Positions 32,901 to 38,660 of a stretch of 64,000 nucleotides of DNA are shown here, one piece after another (the stretch's first letter is position 1; each line of letters starts with the position of its first letter). This DNA is from a virus. The DNA lies in the IMG/VR virus record IMGVR_UViG_3300009182_000042, positions 1-64,000 of that record; one strand, written 5' to 3'. The notes beneath the pieces were generated by a model. The model had not been told where the DNA came from. It made no database searches and worked only from the letters and a program-made list of their open reading frames with translations. The position numbers were made by a program, and so were the translations under genes.

Positions 32901-33315
32901 GGACGGCAACTTCAACGTTGGAAACTTGTTTGGAGTACAGCAATCAACAGGTACTGCTAGTTTGAACGCCAGTGCGTTTAACTTGGCTGGATTACAGAGT
33001 TTGACACTGGGAGCGGTATCAGTTGGTGTGGGATCCGCTACTATTACAAGTTTCAGTACTGATCCGTACTTTACTGCTAATAGTGACAACATTATTCCTA
33101 CGCAGAAAGCTATCAAGAGCTATATCACAGCCCAGATAGGTGGTGGTTCTAGTAGCTTGAACGTAAATACATTGACAGCGGGCGTGATATTCATTGGTAA
33201 TAATCAAATATATAACACTACCGGATATCAACAGATATACGTAAGCAGTAAAATGCTATTCACAGGTGGAATTGATGGGGCACCAGTTGCTCTTACATTC
33301 TTCGCACAAAGATAA
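20971..33315 (+). CDS. Giant tail fibre/baseplate structural protein (4114 aa), paralogue of 12843
   Basis: Same ordered blocks as 12843 (K.GR..F...G.W start, VKTGTY.E.LPI.VP, NMFL.RNG, GWDHV, YSQ.RLT.HDFL, RVFFTSTDQDGNF) with more inserted modules. Confidence 0.8.
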   Translation: MAEYKLGRIKFVYQGTWTGSSTYVVDDVVSVGGKTYICIVSNTSSAVFATDLASSYWSLVADGTRWTGTWANATYYQLGDQVLYGGIVYQATTAHTSATATATLTATGFTVSGGTATLTYASQVVQPFLVGATITLAGFTPTQTSGTVNTVNTTFTVVTCTTTQVTFALTGTYTVSVLGTVAGASQLGLELNQANWTAFASNINYLSTWSVNTRYKVNDLVTYGGYTYIATTAHVSANTTALGLEQDQAKWSTFNPGLSYQGAWSGSSVKYRLNDIVKYGASLFICTTAHVSSATFSTSNFATFVNGLQYVPGGSNAWSSATTYVTGDIVTYGGNLYVASQIASNQNPTTATTYWNLYTGGFSYQGAWTGVTSYKIGQVVNLGGYTYLALADNTQNVLTLTGTTVTTNIITLSASTTALVANLPVVFASTVGGLTGSQTYYVIGSSITANTFQVASISGGVSPVTLSTTTGQSVSVTTQPQPPFATYWSRLNSGIRYNPTTGTYNAVSATNVTGTGTSATFNVTASKTTYSVTLASGGSGYSSTGGSNTIKIVGTSLGGLSPANDITITITGQSSGAITTFTSVGYAVTWSTAVSYVLGDVVYFGSNSYICVSGHVSASGNKPDADTVGAYWNLLAAGNESAVLTVTGDLFYYGSTGPTRLPIGTDGQVLRVNSNTPSWAYYGQINNIVYVSSATGVDTLATSQGTTLDKPWRTIQFACQQVENGYLNLNLGNLIQINKQFLLKEVNNFVLYNYTFNITATTTSTNLITVGGSSTIAQTTTTNLYSNMPVVFNVTAGGLTAGTTYYVIGSSITSTQFQVATNPSTSGAQTAVTLSTTSTANLGQYVYSQSKTERDTGFIVDGIIFDITHTGNSKTIANALTYFNSAGTGYTSGVLAYDISPFVKALNYLSTLITSNVGANTAPGTNYQTTISSAVTVTGASGTGAIATITFSAQSYAYNVGSQITVASVSPAGYNGTYVVLSSTTTSVSYANTTTASYISGGTVNYTRATQQINTTYTAEAAALTRIPVLVGLVTAPLSLGNTTPITGILANATTTISVKTGTYNEVLPIVVPSYTVVYGDELRSSTVQPAVANITLANDKPKTIVALTRLQTQLGNLLQNTSITGSTGNTQYLSVSASTGAASVATLTFAAQTTAPFSVGQYITVSGFTSSAAGYNGSYAVTACTTTTVSYANATTASTSGSPIVSGQNTQLSVADVGSSTAVNTINTFTSSINNMIFNGIAQVPAISITTVTGYNSSFLPGHSTGVTQITSNYGFIKAELTAFMNTNYSSVWSSLGVAGQQIYLLQIQYILDGMQYDMAYGCNNQSIINGSSYYSLNINQIPLVNQPAYLATFQRLQAIVGQIVRAQSVAATAGNGATQTTGSDAGVAPAAFASARIADVIYWFTNGNANSTVNTITGSISGTTLTVSSQTSAVAPGTLLTGTGINGMYIVNQISSSAGAQAATTYSSGGGNGTSTFVVASATGIAAGQFITGTGIPAGTYVASTYSSGSTTVPIANYFGSPVTFTLQASGAYLFYPANTAGTYTLSITGGTGTAFTSLSTFTPVNSGAYTLVGSNALQLAYTQLQARATEIASDTQVFVAKYNQQYNISATLTSRDAGLIVNALSFDVLFTTNFNTIAVGRAFNRSNTSAQAVVNNVNNQLYATTAAINFIGFKAKMIAAAGGQVQAQTLIDDIIYRINGQATTTLTTATVSTNVLTASSTSAMAVNQPVSFTNLPANINTTVTSTLAAFAGSITATATVALTGVGTITSNGGGSFTFGTAQSAGTFYVGQVLTPTGSLSGITWTGYTAGTSYVVSVTNGTSTVTLTTVTGNVLTVTQGTASGITFNTYLATITTTGLVIGSAIALSSTGFGGLTTATTYYVIGFGPTASASCALSATAGGNSVALSNGSGTMIAQTTTNLLNLTGYVGTLGITVGQQCYFSGGTYAGISPYQLYYIVSASGTGITVSTTSGGSSVTISTVSSGSMTLTVNAAGGIWANNQYYINTIPSSTTFTITNSYKSGTAYTITNTASSMTATATFGPTATVLYYNSPMIHGSVTYNGTLTTVNAAEIIRANVGFLSAEATAYVAASYGGSISSTAATTNLITTSGNHNFTVGDPVQFSGSVVGGLSAATTYYVLTVNSNTTFTVSLTQVSQGTQTAVALTNTSSAFTVTYFNTAQSYITSFLNGMIYDLQYTGNSRSLRAVELYNNAVGSSTISNMFLVRNGSGLRNMTLSGITGTLSAANAYGTKRPTGGAYTSLDPGFGPNDTSVQILTRSTYVQNCTMFGYACVGAKVDGALHSAGNKSIVSNDYTCVIGDGIGWWNTGTGSLAELVSVFNYYSYSGYLAELGGRIRATNGNSSYGTYGVLAEGTDTFETPIYANLNNRAAAATITTVVTDSTTQILRFEYGNAGINYTNSVPTVNGSGYNAVAFQDEFRDAAVFETRLIDPNNTGLTGGTSYVSAVNVGQTNANGVGYQLIAAADTALTGGYNGMKVQITAGTGVGQVANILAFNNASKYAQIIRPTFATLPVTASTNATAASSSSAFIATYAGRYPTLVAPVMGSGSYVAGMYLTSSGTVTAGTYITAINTGSITSASIASSTFSSTGSIGASITGAGTAANPWIATITGMSSTSSFVVGAQITATNGTGTLYGSTPTSVIVASVPSTTSITYSVIGGTIPTTGTVTNIQQTMLSGSAFANLLPGMVLSGGSVIASYVAGQVTATGTALATATMTGTISTNTLTLATFTVGSIYTVQVGQYVAQISGIPAGTYITAVNPATGVITINTTLYGAVSGSNSTYTAGGAGTYALTANSFTTVTGAPTTGTQYLLNTAQTQIAATVTGTQNTLTVASNASLYNTMPLYLGTAVAPLSGVAISATGAISFTSTTTALPANTQVVISGANVGTGIVATGTFFVAASPSPTTTGVTLLTALSGGTTISTTAGTVVTSGNLSSVNIGSSGNLTFTALGAALPAGTPVVISGSNGGGGTIANGTYYVAVTPTPTSSAITLVTTSGGSTSPTTTSGTPSGLTFAFSLVNPLTFTYTLTAPFGLSSFSVYYVNGITNSNGAASTTFSVTTTASGTSPVAVNSITGQNVSLYAAGWDHVVPGSVINNTTDLTSAYIIEPSISYTGPGYTGVARSLATSASYVGVAYGSGNYVAVSTGATTTQYSTTGRAWANGGALPSATSWNAVTYGGGQGAQATVTVGGFGGSGAVLTAVVVGGQVTGITIVNGGFNYNTVPTITITPVSGGSGASAICTVLNGTITTATMVINGSGYASGATVAVVTSAVSAVTTVTRGQNYGYNSTTPSVTLSAPFSGTVWSSGGSGTSGSYYYFVNTGVTPNVTNYYQATSTGTFTTSGPTHTTGTVANNTVNLLYVGTQATVTPTLTNNGISSYTVTVAGFGYSTVPTITIADLSARFVAISTTTAGANVAPTGVAGAWNSMTLPSAGYNAIAYGLGQYVVVGGTAGAGIIASSSDGINFNARTVPAGASAQYFSAVAYGSTGTGASGNTSTGLFVAIPLYGNTPVTSTNGTTWAIPQTAGGSNVTLPASLAWSGIAYGNGRFVAIASNSSSIAYSLNGGGAWNLSTVAGGSGLPGVYSWSSIAYGEGQFVAIAANSAVSATSWDGINWTIQTLPATQNWSSVAFGNPLAATIGYNPLFVAVANTAGTSAAVIHTGATPQGRVKVTSNAVSEIRVIEPGSGFAKGIVTATTATTNVITADNIENLSANQPVEFNTVSAGGLALQTTYYVIGSSITTTSAPAGTFQVATTSGGTVPVTLTTTSPTGMTYTTGPIVTITDPNRINAALVRVRTGDGVLGNPSFPNRGAANATATANTVGDGYSDIYQTSTFINISNLYTLPTAGANVQFASISNVWYKLVAVTNLLGIPGNYTATFQINPGLSVYLAPTTGNLITTRLKYSQVRLTGHDFLYIGTGNQTQTNYPYVNVSSAVSANQTLGSVGGRVFFTSTDQDGNFNVGNLFGVQQSTGTASLNASAFNLAGLQSLTLGAVSVGVGSATITSFSTDPYFTANSDNIIPTQKAIKSYITAQIGGGSSSLNVNTLTAGVIFIGNNQIYNTTGYQQIYVSSKMLFTGGIDGAPVALTFFAQR

Positions 33316-33336
33316 AAATTTTGGAGAAATAATAAC

Positions 33337-33687
33337 ATGGCAACAGGACGATTTACAACACCACAAACAGCAGGGTCAGTACAGGTAACCAACTCAGGTT
33401 ACACTGTGCTGTATACTGTACCCAACAACACTTATAGCATTTTTAATGTGTCGTTAACCAATTCTAGTGCTAGTGCAGTTACAGTAAAACTGGCAATATG
33501 CACAACAGCCAACGTGGCATCCCCATTAGCATCAGACTTCATTGAAAGTTTGACTACTATTGTTGGGTATGGTGTATTTGAACGTACAGGTTTGGTAATG
33601 CAGGCAGGTTTGAACATTGTGTGTCAAGCCAGCGCGGCATCTACTGTAAACGCAACTGTGTACGGTATTGAAACATCAACACAATAA
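33337..33687 (+). CDS. Small virion structural protein
   Basis: TVLYTVP...FERTGLVM...VYGIE; related to 7356 and 12099. Confidence 0.72.
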   Translation: MATGRFTTPQTAGSVQVTNSGYTVLYTVPNNTYSIFNVSLTNSSASAVTVKLAICTTANVASPLASDFIESLTTIVGYGVFERTGLVMQAGLNIVCQASAASTVNATVYGIETSTQ

Positions 33688-33711
33688 TAGGAATACAAGA
33701 GAGAATAAATT

Positions 33712-35655
33712 ATGGCACGTTATAACAGCTCAGCAGTTGCTACACTAAGTTCGGCAACGGTTATCACAACTCCAAGTCAGGGGTTGTTGACAGAATTGGT
33801 CGGATCACCGCCTTATGCGGTGCAAATTCCCGATCCAACTATTTGGTATGGTCAAACACAGACCTACTATAATAACTCAGGAGGTGTTGTAACACTGAAT
33901 ACTCCTGCCGGTACATTTATTGGTCCAGGAAGTTCAGGCAGTTCAAGTTTACAGATGCCCAATCAAAGTGTTGTGGTATTGGCATCGGACACTACCAAAT
34001 ATGTTATCTCATCATTCGACGGCGGCCCAACTTATGCTCAAACTGGTAACGGTAACAGCAGTAGTTATGCATTGTTGTTGAACGGTGACTTGGTGCAAAG
34101 TGCATCAACCATGAACTTGGTCAACACCAACACCACAACTGTCAACGCATTTGGCGCAGCCACAAGTATCAATATTGGTGCTCCATTCAGCACAACAACC
34201 TTTAACGGCAGTGTGTTCGTCAAAGGCGGCTTGGTGCAAGTCAACTCCAGCAGTGTGTTGGTAGAAGATAAAAATATTGAAATTGGTTATATCAACCCTA
34301 TCAGCTACGGCGGCGGCACAATAACAACCATCGGTGGATCCATTTCCGGTTCAACCACATTTACCAGTATTAGTGGTACAAAGATTGCCGCAGGTTATAC
34401 TGGCACAGTGTCTGGTGTGAGTCAATTCAGCACCAGCGGTGCTGGCACTGGTGCAACATTCAACATCACCATAAGCGGTGCTGGCACAACATACACTGGT
34501 GTTACCACAATTACGGTGGTCGCCGGCGGCGTGGGTTATGCACTGGGTGATACTGTAACCATTGGTGGTAGTGTGTTTGGCGGCTCAAGTGCCAACGGTA
34601 CCAACAACCTGACATTCACAATCAGCAACGTGAACGCCAGTCCTTGGTATGCCACAATTACAGGCATAACCAACACCACCAACTTGGTGGTAGGCAGCGC
34701 AATCAGTGCCACAAACGGTACTGGTAGTTTTGGTTCTGGTAATACTTCTCAGTTGGTTTTGAGCAATCTAAGTAGTACCAGCATACAGATTGTGGTCACA
34801 GGCGGCACAACGCCAGTAGCGGGTACAGTTACCAATATTACACCGGGTTCCAACGATGCTTATGCCAATGACGGTGGTATCAAGCTGTATGGCTCAACAA
34901 ACAAAACACTGATTTGGTCGCTGAATTCAGTTGGACCAACCAGTGGCAATACTGGCCAACCATCATGGACCACCAGCGAAGGCTTGTCTTTCAGAAGTGC
35001 CACTGCCAGTAACTTTGGTATCCAAACATACCCTGGATCGGGCACTGGTTTTAACATATTAACCAACGGTGTAACCAACGGCACAGTCAACATTGCTACT
35101 GATGCAGTAACTAATAACCTGTTCACAGCTGGTACTGCAAACACCATTGGTGCATCTGGATCTGGCACAACTACTATTAGAAATACCACTTTAACATTCA
35201 GCGGTACCACTCTAAATGCAACTGCCATGACCAACTTCAACGGTAAAACTACTGGTTGTTTCATGTATATTGGTAGCCTGGCTATTGGTACAACCAACAA
35301 TCCAGGTGACGGTCAGATCAATGCAACCAGCAACATCATAGCGTATTACTCAGACGACAGACTAAAAACACGATTGGGCACCATTGAAAATGCTCTTGAA
35401 AAATTGGAAACACTAACTGGTTTCTACTATGAAGCCAACGAAACAGCACAGGCACTGGGTTACAAATCAGTGCGTGAAGTAGGTGTGTCAGCCCAAGATG
35501 TGCAAAAGATCCTACCAGAAATTATCAAGCCAGCACCTATTGACGCTAAGTACATGACAATTCAATACGAAAAGTTAACACCATTAGTAATTGAAGCAGT
35601 TAAGGAACTGAGTGCCATGGTAAAAGAGTTGAAAGCCAAGATTGATAAGGAATAA
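33712..35655 (+). CDS. Tail fibre with C-terminal intramolecular chaperone (peptidase S74)
   Basis: C-terminal YYSDDRLK...GVSAQDVQKILPE...YEKLTPLVIEAVKEL followed by a coiled coil, the classic S74 autocleaving chaperone pattern. Confidence 0.88.
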   Translation: MARYNSSAVATLSSATVITTPSQGLLTELVGSPPYAVQIPDPTIWYGQTQTYYNNSGGVVTLNTPAGTFIGPGSSGSSSLQMPNQSVVVLASDTTKYVISSFDGGPTYAQTGNGNSSSYALLLNGDLVQSASTMNLVNTNTTTVNAFGAATSINIGAPFSTTTFNGSVFVKGGLVQVNSSSVLVEDKNIEIGYINPISYGGGTITTIGGSISGSTTFTSISGTKIAAGYTGTVSGVSQFSTSGAGTGATFNITISGAGTTYTGVTTITVVAGGVGYALGDTVTIGGSVFGGSSANGTNNLTFTISNVNASPWYATITGITNTTNLVVGSAISATNGTGSFGSGNTSQLVLSNLSSTSIQIVVTGGTTPVAGTVTNITPGSNDAYANDGGIKLYGSTNKTLIWSLNSVGPTSGNTGQPSWTTSEGLSFRSATASNFGIQTYPGSGTGFNILTNGVTNGTVNIATDAVTNNLFTAGTANTIGASGSGTTTIRNTTLTFSGTTLNATAMTNFNGKTTGCFMYIGSLAIGTTNNPGDGQINATSNIIAYYSDDRLKTRLGTIENALEKLETLTGFYYEANETAQALGYKSVREVGVSAQDVQKILPEIIKPAPIDAKYMTIQYEKLTPLVIEAVKELSAMVKELKAKIDKE

Positions 35656-36176
35656 TGATGTCAGATCAAGACAATAATCAGCCAGTCGATCCAAAAGCAA
35701 TCCAACCGCAGACCATTACTGGCGGTACTATTTCGTTCGCCAACATTACAGCTGAAATTGGGCAGGGTAACAGCAATGTGGGTTTGCAATTTTTGAACAC
35801 CTATGTTGCACCCAGTCTAACTGGATATTTTCAAAATGCTCCCAACGGTGGCAACTGTGTGGGCTACAATAGCAACTGCGGGTCAACTCCACGTCCCACA
35901 TTCCGTAGCACATATCCTGACATGAACGAATTTAGGAACTTAACTTATTTCAATAGTCAAAACAAGGGACAATGTAACAACGGTAATTGTACCAACAACA
36001 ACTGTAACTGCGGAAATATCGCCTGCTACAACTGTACTATCAATGGTCGTATTAACTGTCAGAATTGTGACGGACAAGCATGGCTACAAGCTAATTGTAA
36101 CTGCGCCTGTACAATGAATTGTAATTATACCAGCTACAGCGTGGCTTGTAATTGCAACTGCAATTGTAATTGTTAA
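35655..36176 (+). CDS. Asn-Cys-rich protein; candidate radical SAM substrate and fibre-tip protein
   Basis: 19 Cys, 17 of them in the last 67 aa, 15 as Asn-Cys; ends ACNCNCNCNC; coupled to the fibre gene by a TAATG overlap. Confidence 0.75.
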   Translation: MMSDQDNNQPVDPKAIQPQTITGGTISFANITAEIGQGNSNVGLQFLNTYVAPSLTGYFQNAPNGGNCVGYNSNCGSTPRPTFRSTYPDMNEFRNLTYFNSQNKGQCNNGNCTNNNCNCGNIACYNCTINGRINCQNCDGQAWLQANCNCACTMNCNYTSYSVACNCNCNCNC

Positions 36177-36193
36177 TACACTAAAGGTAACCC

Positions 36194-37651
36194 ATGAAAT
36201 TTGAAATATTAGCATCACGGAACAAAGACGACGAGAAGATATTTTATTACGATAACCAAACAAACACGCTGAGTGACGAAACTGGGTTTGTTTATGAGTA
36301 TCCCCATGCTCTGGCCAGTGTTACACATACTCACGTACAAAAACCCTATGTTAGTTTTGATAAAGATCGTCCTCTTAAAAAATCTAAATCCGCACGTATA
36401 GTAAAAATTCAGATGGGGCTTAGTTGCAATTACAGTTGTGACTATTGCAGTCAGAAATTTGTAGAACGTCCAAAAGAAACCAACGCCAAAGATATTGAAA
36501 ATTTTATGGAACTGTTCAACAACCTGGAGTTTGATGAACAACAGGGACTAAAGGTGGAGTTCTGGGGCGGCGAGCCGTTTGTGTATTGGAAAACCATGAA
36601 GCCCCTGGCTGAAGCGATTGCAGATCGTTTTGAAAGCTGGCAGAAAAAACCCATGTTCAGTGTGATTACTAATGGTAGTCTATTGACTGAAGAAATCTGT
36701 GCATGGTTATACAGCATGAATTTCAGTATAGCTATCAGTCATGATGGCCCTGGTCAGCATGTGCGTGGTCCAGATCCATTTGATGATCCAAAAAAGCGTG
36801 AAATTGTGTTGGACCTTTATCAGATTCTTAGACCTTTAGATCGTATCAGTTTCAACAGCATGCTCAACAGCAAGAACACCAGTCGCAAAGAAATTTATGA
36901 TTGGTTTGTGGAATTCACCAACGATCCAAGTGTTGTACTGGGCGAAGGTGCATTTGTTGATGCATATGATGCAGATGGTTTAGAAAACTCAATGAAAACC
37001 AAAGCTGAACATTTTGCTTTTAGACAACGTGCTTTCGGAGAAATTTATGGCTCCGCTGGTGATATTGGATTCACCGGCATCCTACAAAAAGTAGATAATT
37101 TTACTGAAGCTGTGCTTACACATAAAAATGCAGAATTTTTAGGGCAGAAATGCGGTATGGACGACGAGGGTGTTATAGCATTTGACCTAAAAGGCAATGT
37201 TATTACCTGTCAAAACGTCAGTGCATTGGAGATTGGCAAAAACGGTGAATCGCATCTGGGTGGAAACCTTGCAGATCTAGACAGTGTGGAAATCAAAACT
37301 GCCACTCACTGGAGCAATCGTAAAGAATGTAGCGGTTGCCCAGTGCTACATATTTGTCAAGGGGCTTGTATGTTCCTAGACGGTGAATATTGGACTGCCA
37401 GTTGCAACAATGCATATAGTGATGCTATTCCCCTGTTTGCCACCAGCATTATGAAAATAACCAACGGGTATATTCCTATGACTGTAAAAAGTGAAGAATT
37501 GCCCTTAGAAAGACAGGATATCTTTGGGACTATGATGAAACACCAAGAATGGACACCAAAAAAGATAATCCCCATCAAAGTTGTAAGCGAAAAAGTAGCT
37601 GTTATTGACAATGTCGAAGTCTACGGACAAAGCACTGTGATAAATAGTTAA
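36194..37651 (+). CDS. Radical SAM enzyme with SPASM domain (peptide/protein maturase-like)
   Basis: CNYSCDYC (CxxxCxxC), FWGGEP, ITNG, ISHDG; full seven-Cys SPASM pattern Cx13Gx4C...Cx2Cx5Cx3C-x11-C. Confidence 0.92.
   Translation: MKFEILASRNKDDEKIFYYDNQTNTLSDETGFVYEYPHALASVTHTHVQKPYVSFDKDRPLKKSKSARIVKIQMGLSCNYSCDYCSQKFVERPKETNAKDIENFMELFNNLEFDEQQGLKVEFWGGEPFVYWKTMKPLAEAIADRFESWQKKPMFSVITNGSLLTEEICAWLYSMNFSIAISHDGPGQHVRGPDPFDDPKKREIVLDLYQILRPLDRISFNSMLNSKNTSRKEIYDWFVEFTNDPSVVLGEGAFVDAYDADGLENSMKTKAEHFAFRQRAFGEIYGSAGDIGFTGILQKVDNFTEAVLTHKNAEFLGQKCGMDDEGVIAFDLKGNVITCQNVSALEIGKNGESHLGGNLADLDSVEIKTATHWSNRKECSGCPVLHICQGACMFLDGEYWTASCNNAYSDAIPLFATSIMKITNGYIPMTVKSEELPLERQDIFGTMMKHQEWTPKKIIPIKVVSEKVAVIDNVEVYGQSTVINS
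37641..37646 (+). promoter_or_regulatory. Putative late promoter (TAAATA)
   Basis: At the 3' end of the rSAM gene, upstream of the AAGGAG SD of 37674. Confidence 0.45.
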
Positions 37652-37673
37652 AGAGAGCACAAGGAGCCATAAA

Positions 37674-38654
37674 ATGAATTTGTATATTTCCACACATTGT
37701 CGTAGATATTATGCTGTTGAAGCAGTTGTTACCTCTGAAGGGATCGAATATAAAACTTATCCAGCATATCTAATATCAGAACTGAAAAAATACTGGGCCT
37801 CCTTGGCAAACAGTGGTATTCCGGGTACTTTGATTTTTGATGATCAACATCCTATGATTACCCCTGATATGAAACCACTGTGGACTACAGATACTGTTGC
37901 TGTGTATGATGTGCAAGTTGCAAACAACACCTATACCAGCGGAGTTATAGATTTTCAATTGGATATAAAAAATAATAATGATTATAGCGATCATGCACAA
38001 TACGATATATATTCTCCAGGGTGCCTGGCTGTAACAACGGTATTTGACGAACATAGAGACAAACATAGCAATGATATTATGAGCTATAGCGCAATGACCA
38101 AAGCACAGACAGTATCCAACGGTATATCTAGAGGCTACATGATTCCGATACATAACTCTGTGGCACAAACATCTCATTCAAGAATGAAGCCGCATGTGCA
38201 TCAGCGTTTGACAGGCAATGCACCTATGATCAGCATCATGGTTCCACTAGCAGACATGGACCCAACAGATTGGGAGATTGTGTTCACTGTGGCAGAAGAA
38301 GGACTGCTACGTGTGAACGGCAATACTGTTGAACCAATTCCAGTGGGATACCTATTGAATCATATGCCTAAAGTATGGTTTAAGAAAAACACTGCCACCG
38401 TAAACACTAATAATTTTGTTGATTTAGAATTTTATTTAGGCACTGCTAGCGGAAGCCCGATTACTGGCCACGATGCAACAGTGTATATCAAAACCACTGG
38501 CGGCCAACTCAATAAAACTCAAGTGCGAACAGTTAACGGAGAAGGTAAAGTGAAACTGATTTCAAATCATTTGGAATCAGGCGATGTTATCAAAGTAAGT
38601 GTTGGCTTTCAATACTATTCCGGCACAGATGATTGTATTGTTACAGTCAAATAA
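37674..38654 (+). CDS. Hypothetical protein with a probable C-terminal Ig-like (Big_1-like) domain
   Basis: SD present. The C-terminal ~95 aa (ATVYIKTTGGQL...VRTVNGEGKVKL...IKVSVG) resembles bacterial Ig-like folds. Confidence 0.6.
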   Translation: MNLYISTHCRRYYAVEAVVTSEGIEYKTYPAYLISELKKYWASLANSGIPGTLIFDDQHPMITPDMKPLWTTDTVAVYDVQVANNTYTSGVIDFQLDIKNNNDYSDHAQYDIYSPGCLAVTTVFDEHRDKHSNDIMSYSAMTKAQTVSNGISRGYMIPIHNSVAQTSHSRMKPHVHQRLTGNAPMISIMVPLADMDPTDWEIVFTVAEEGLLRVNGNTVEPIPVGYLLNHMPKVWFKKNTATVNTNNFVDLEFYLGTASGSPITGHDATVYIKTTGGQLNKTQVRTVNGEGKVKLISNHLESGDVIKVSVGFQYYSGTDDCIVTVK

Positions 38655-38660
38655 CATGGC

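Noticed and set aside
35973-36173. AAC/AAT-rich tract as a DGR template or variable repeat
   Set aside because: No reverse transcriptase and no second copy with adenine-specific mismatches seen in this window; Asn-Cys coding explains the pattern.
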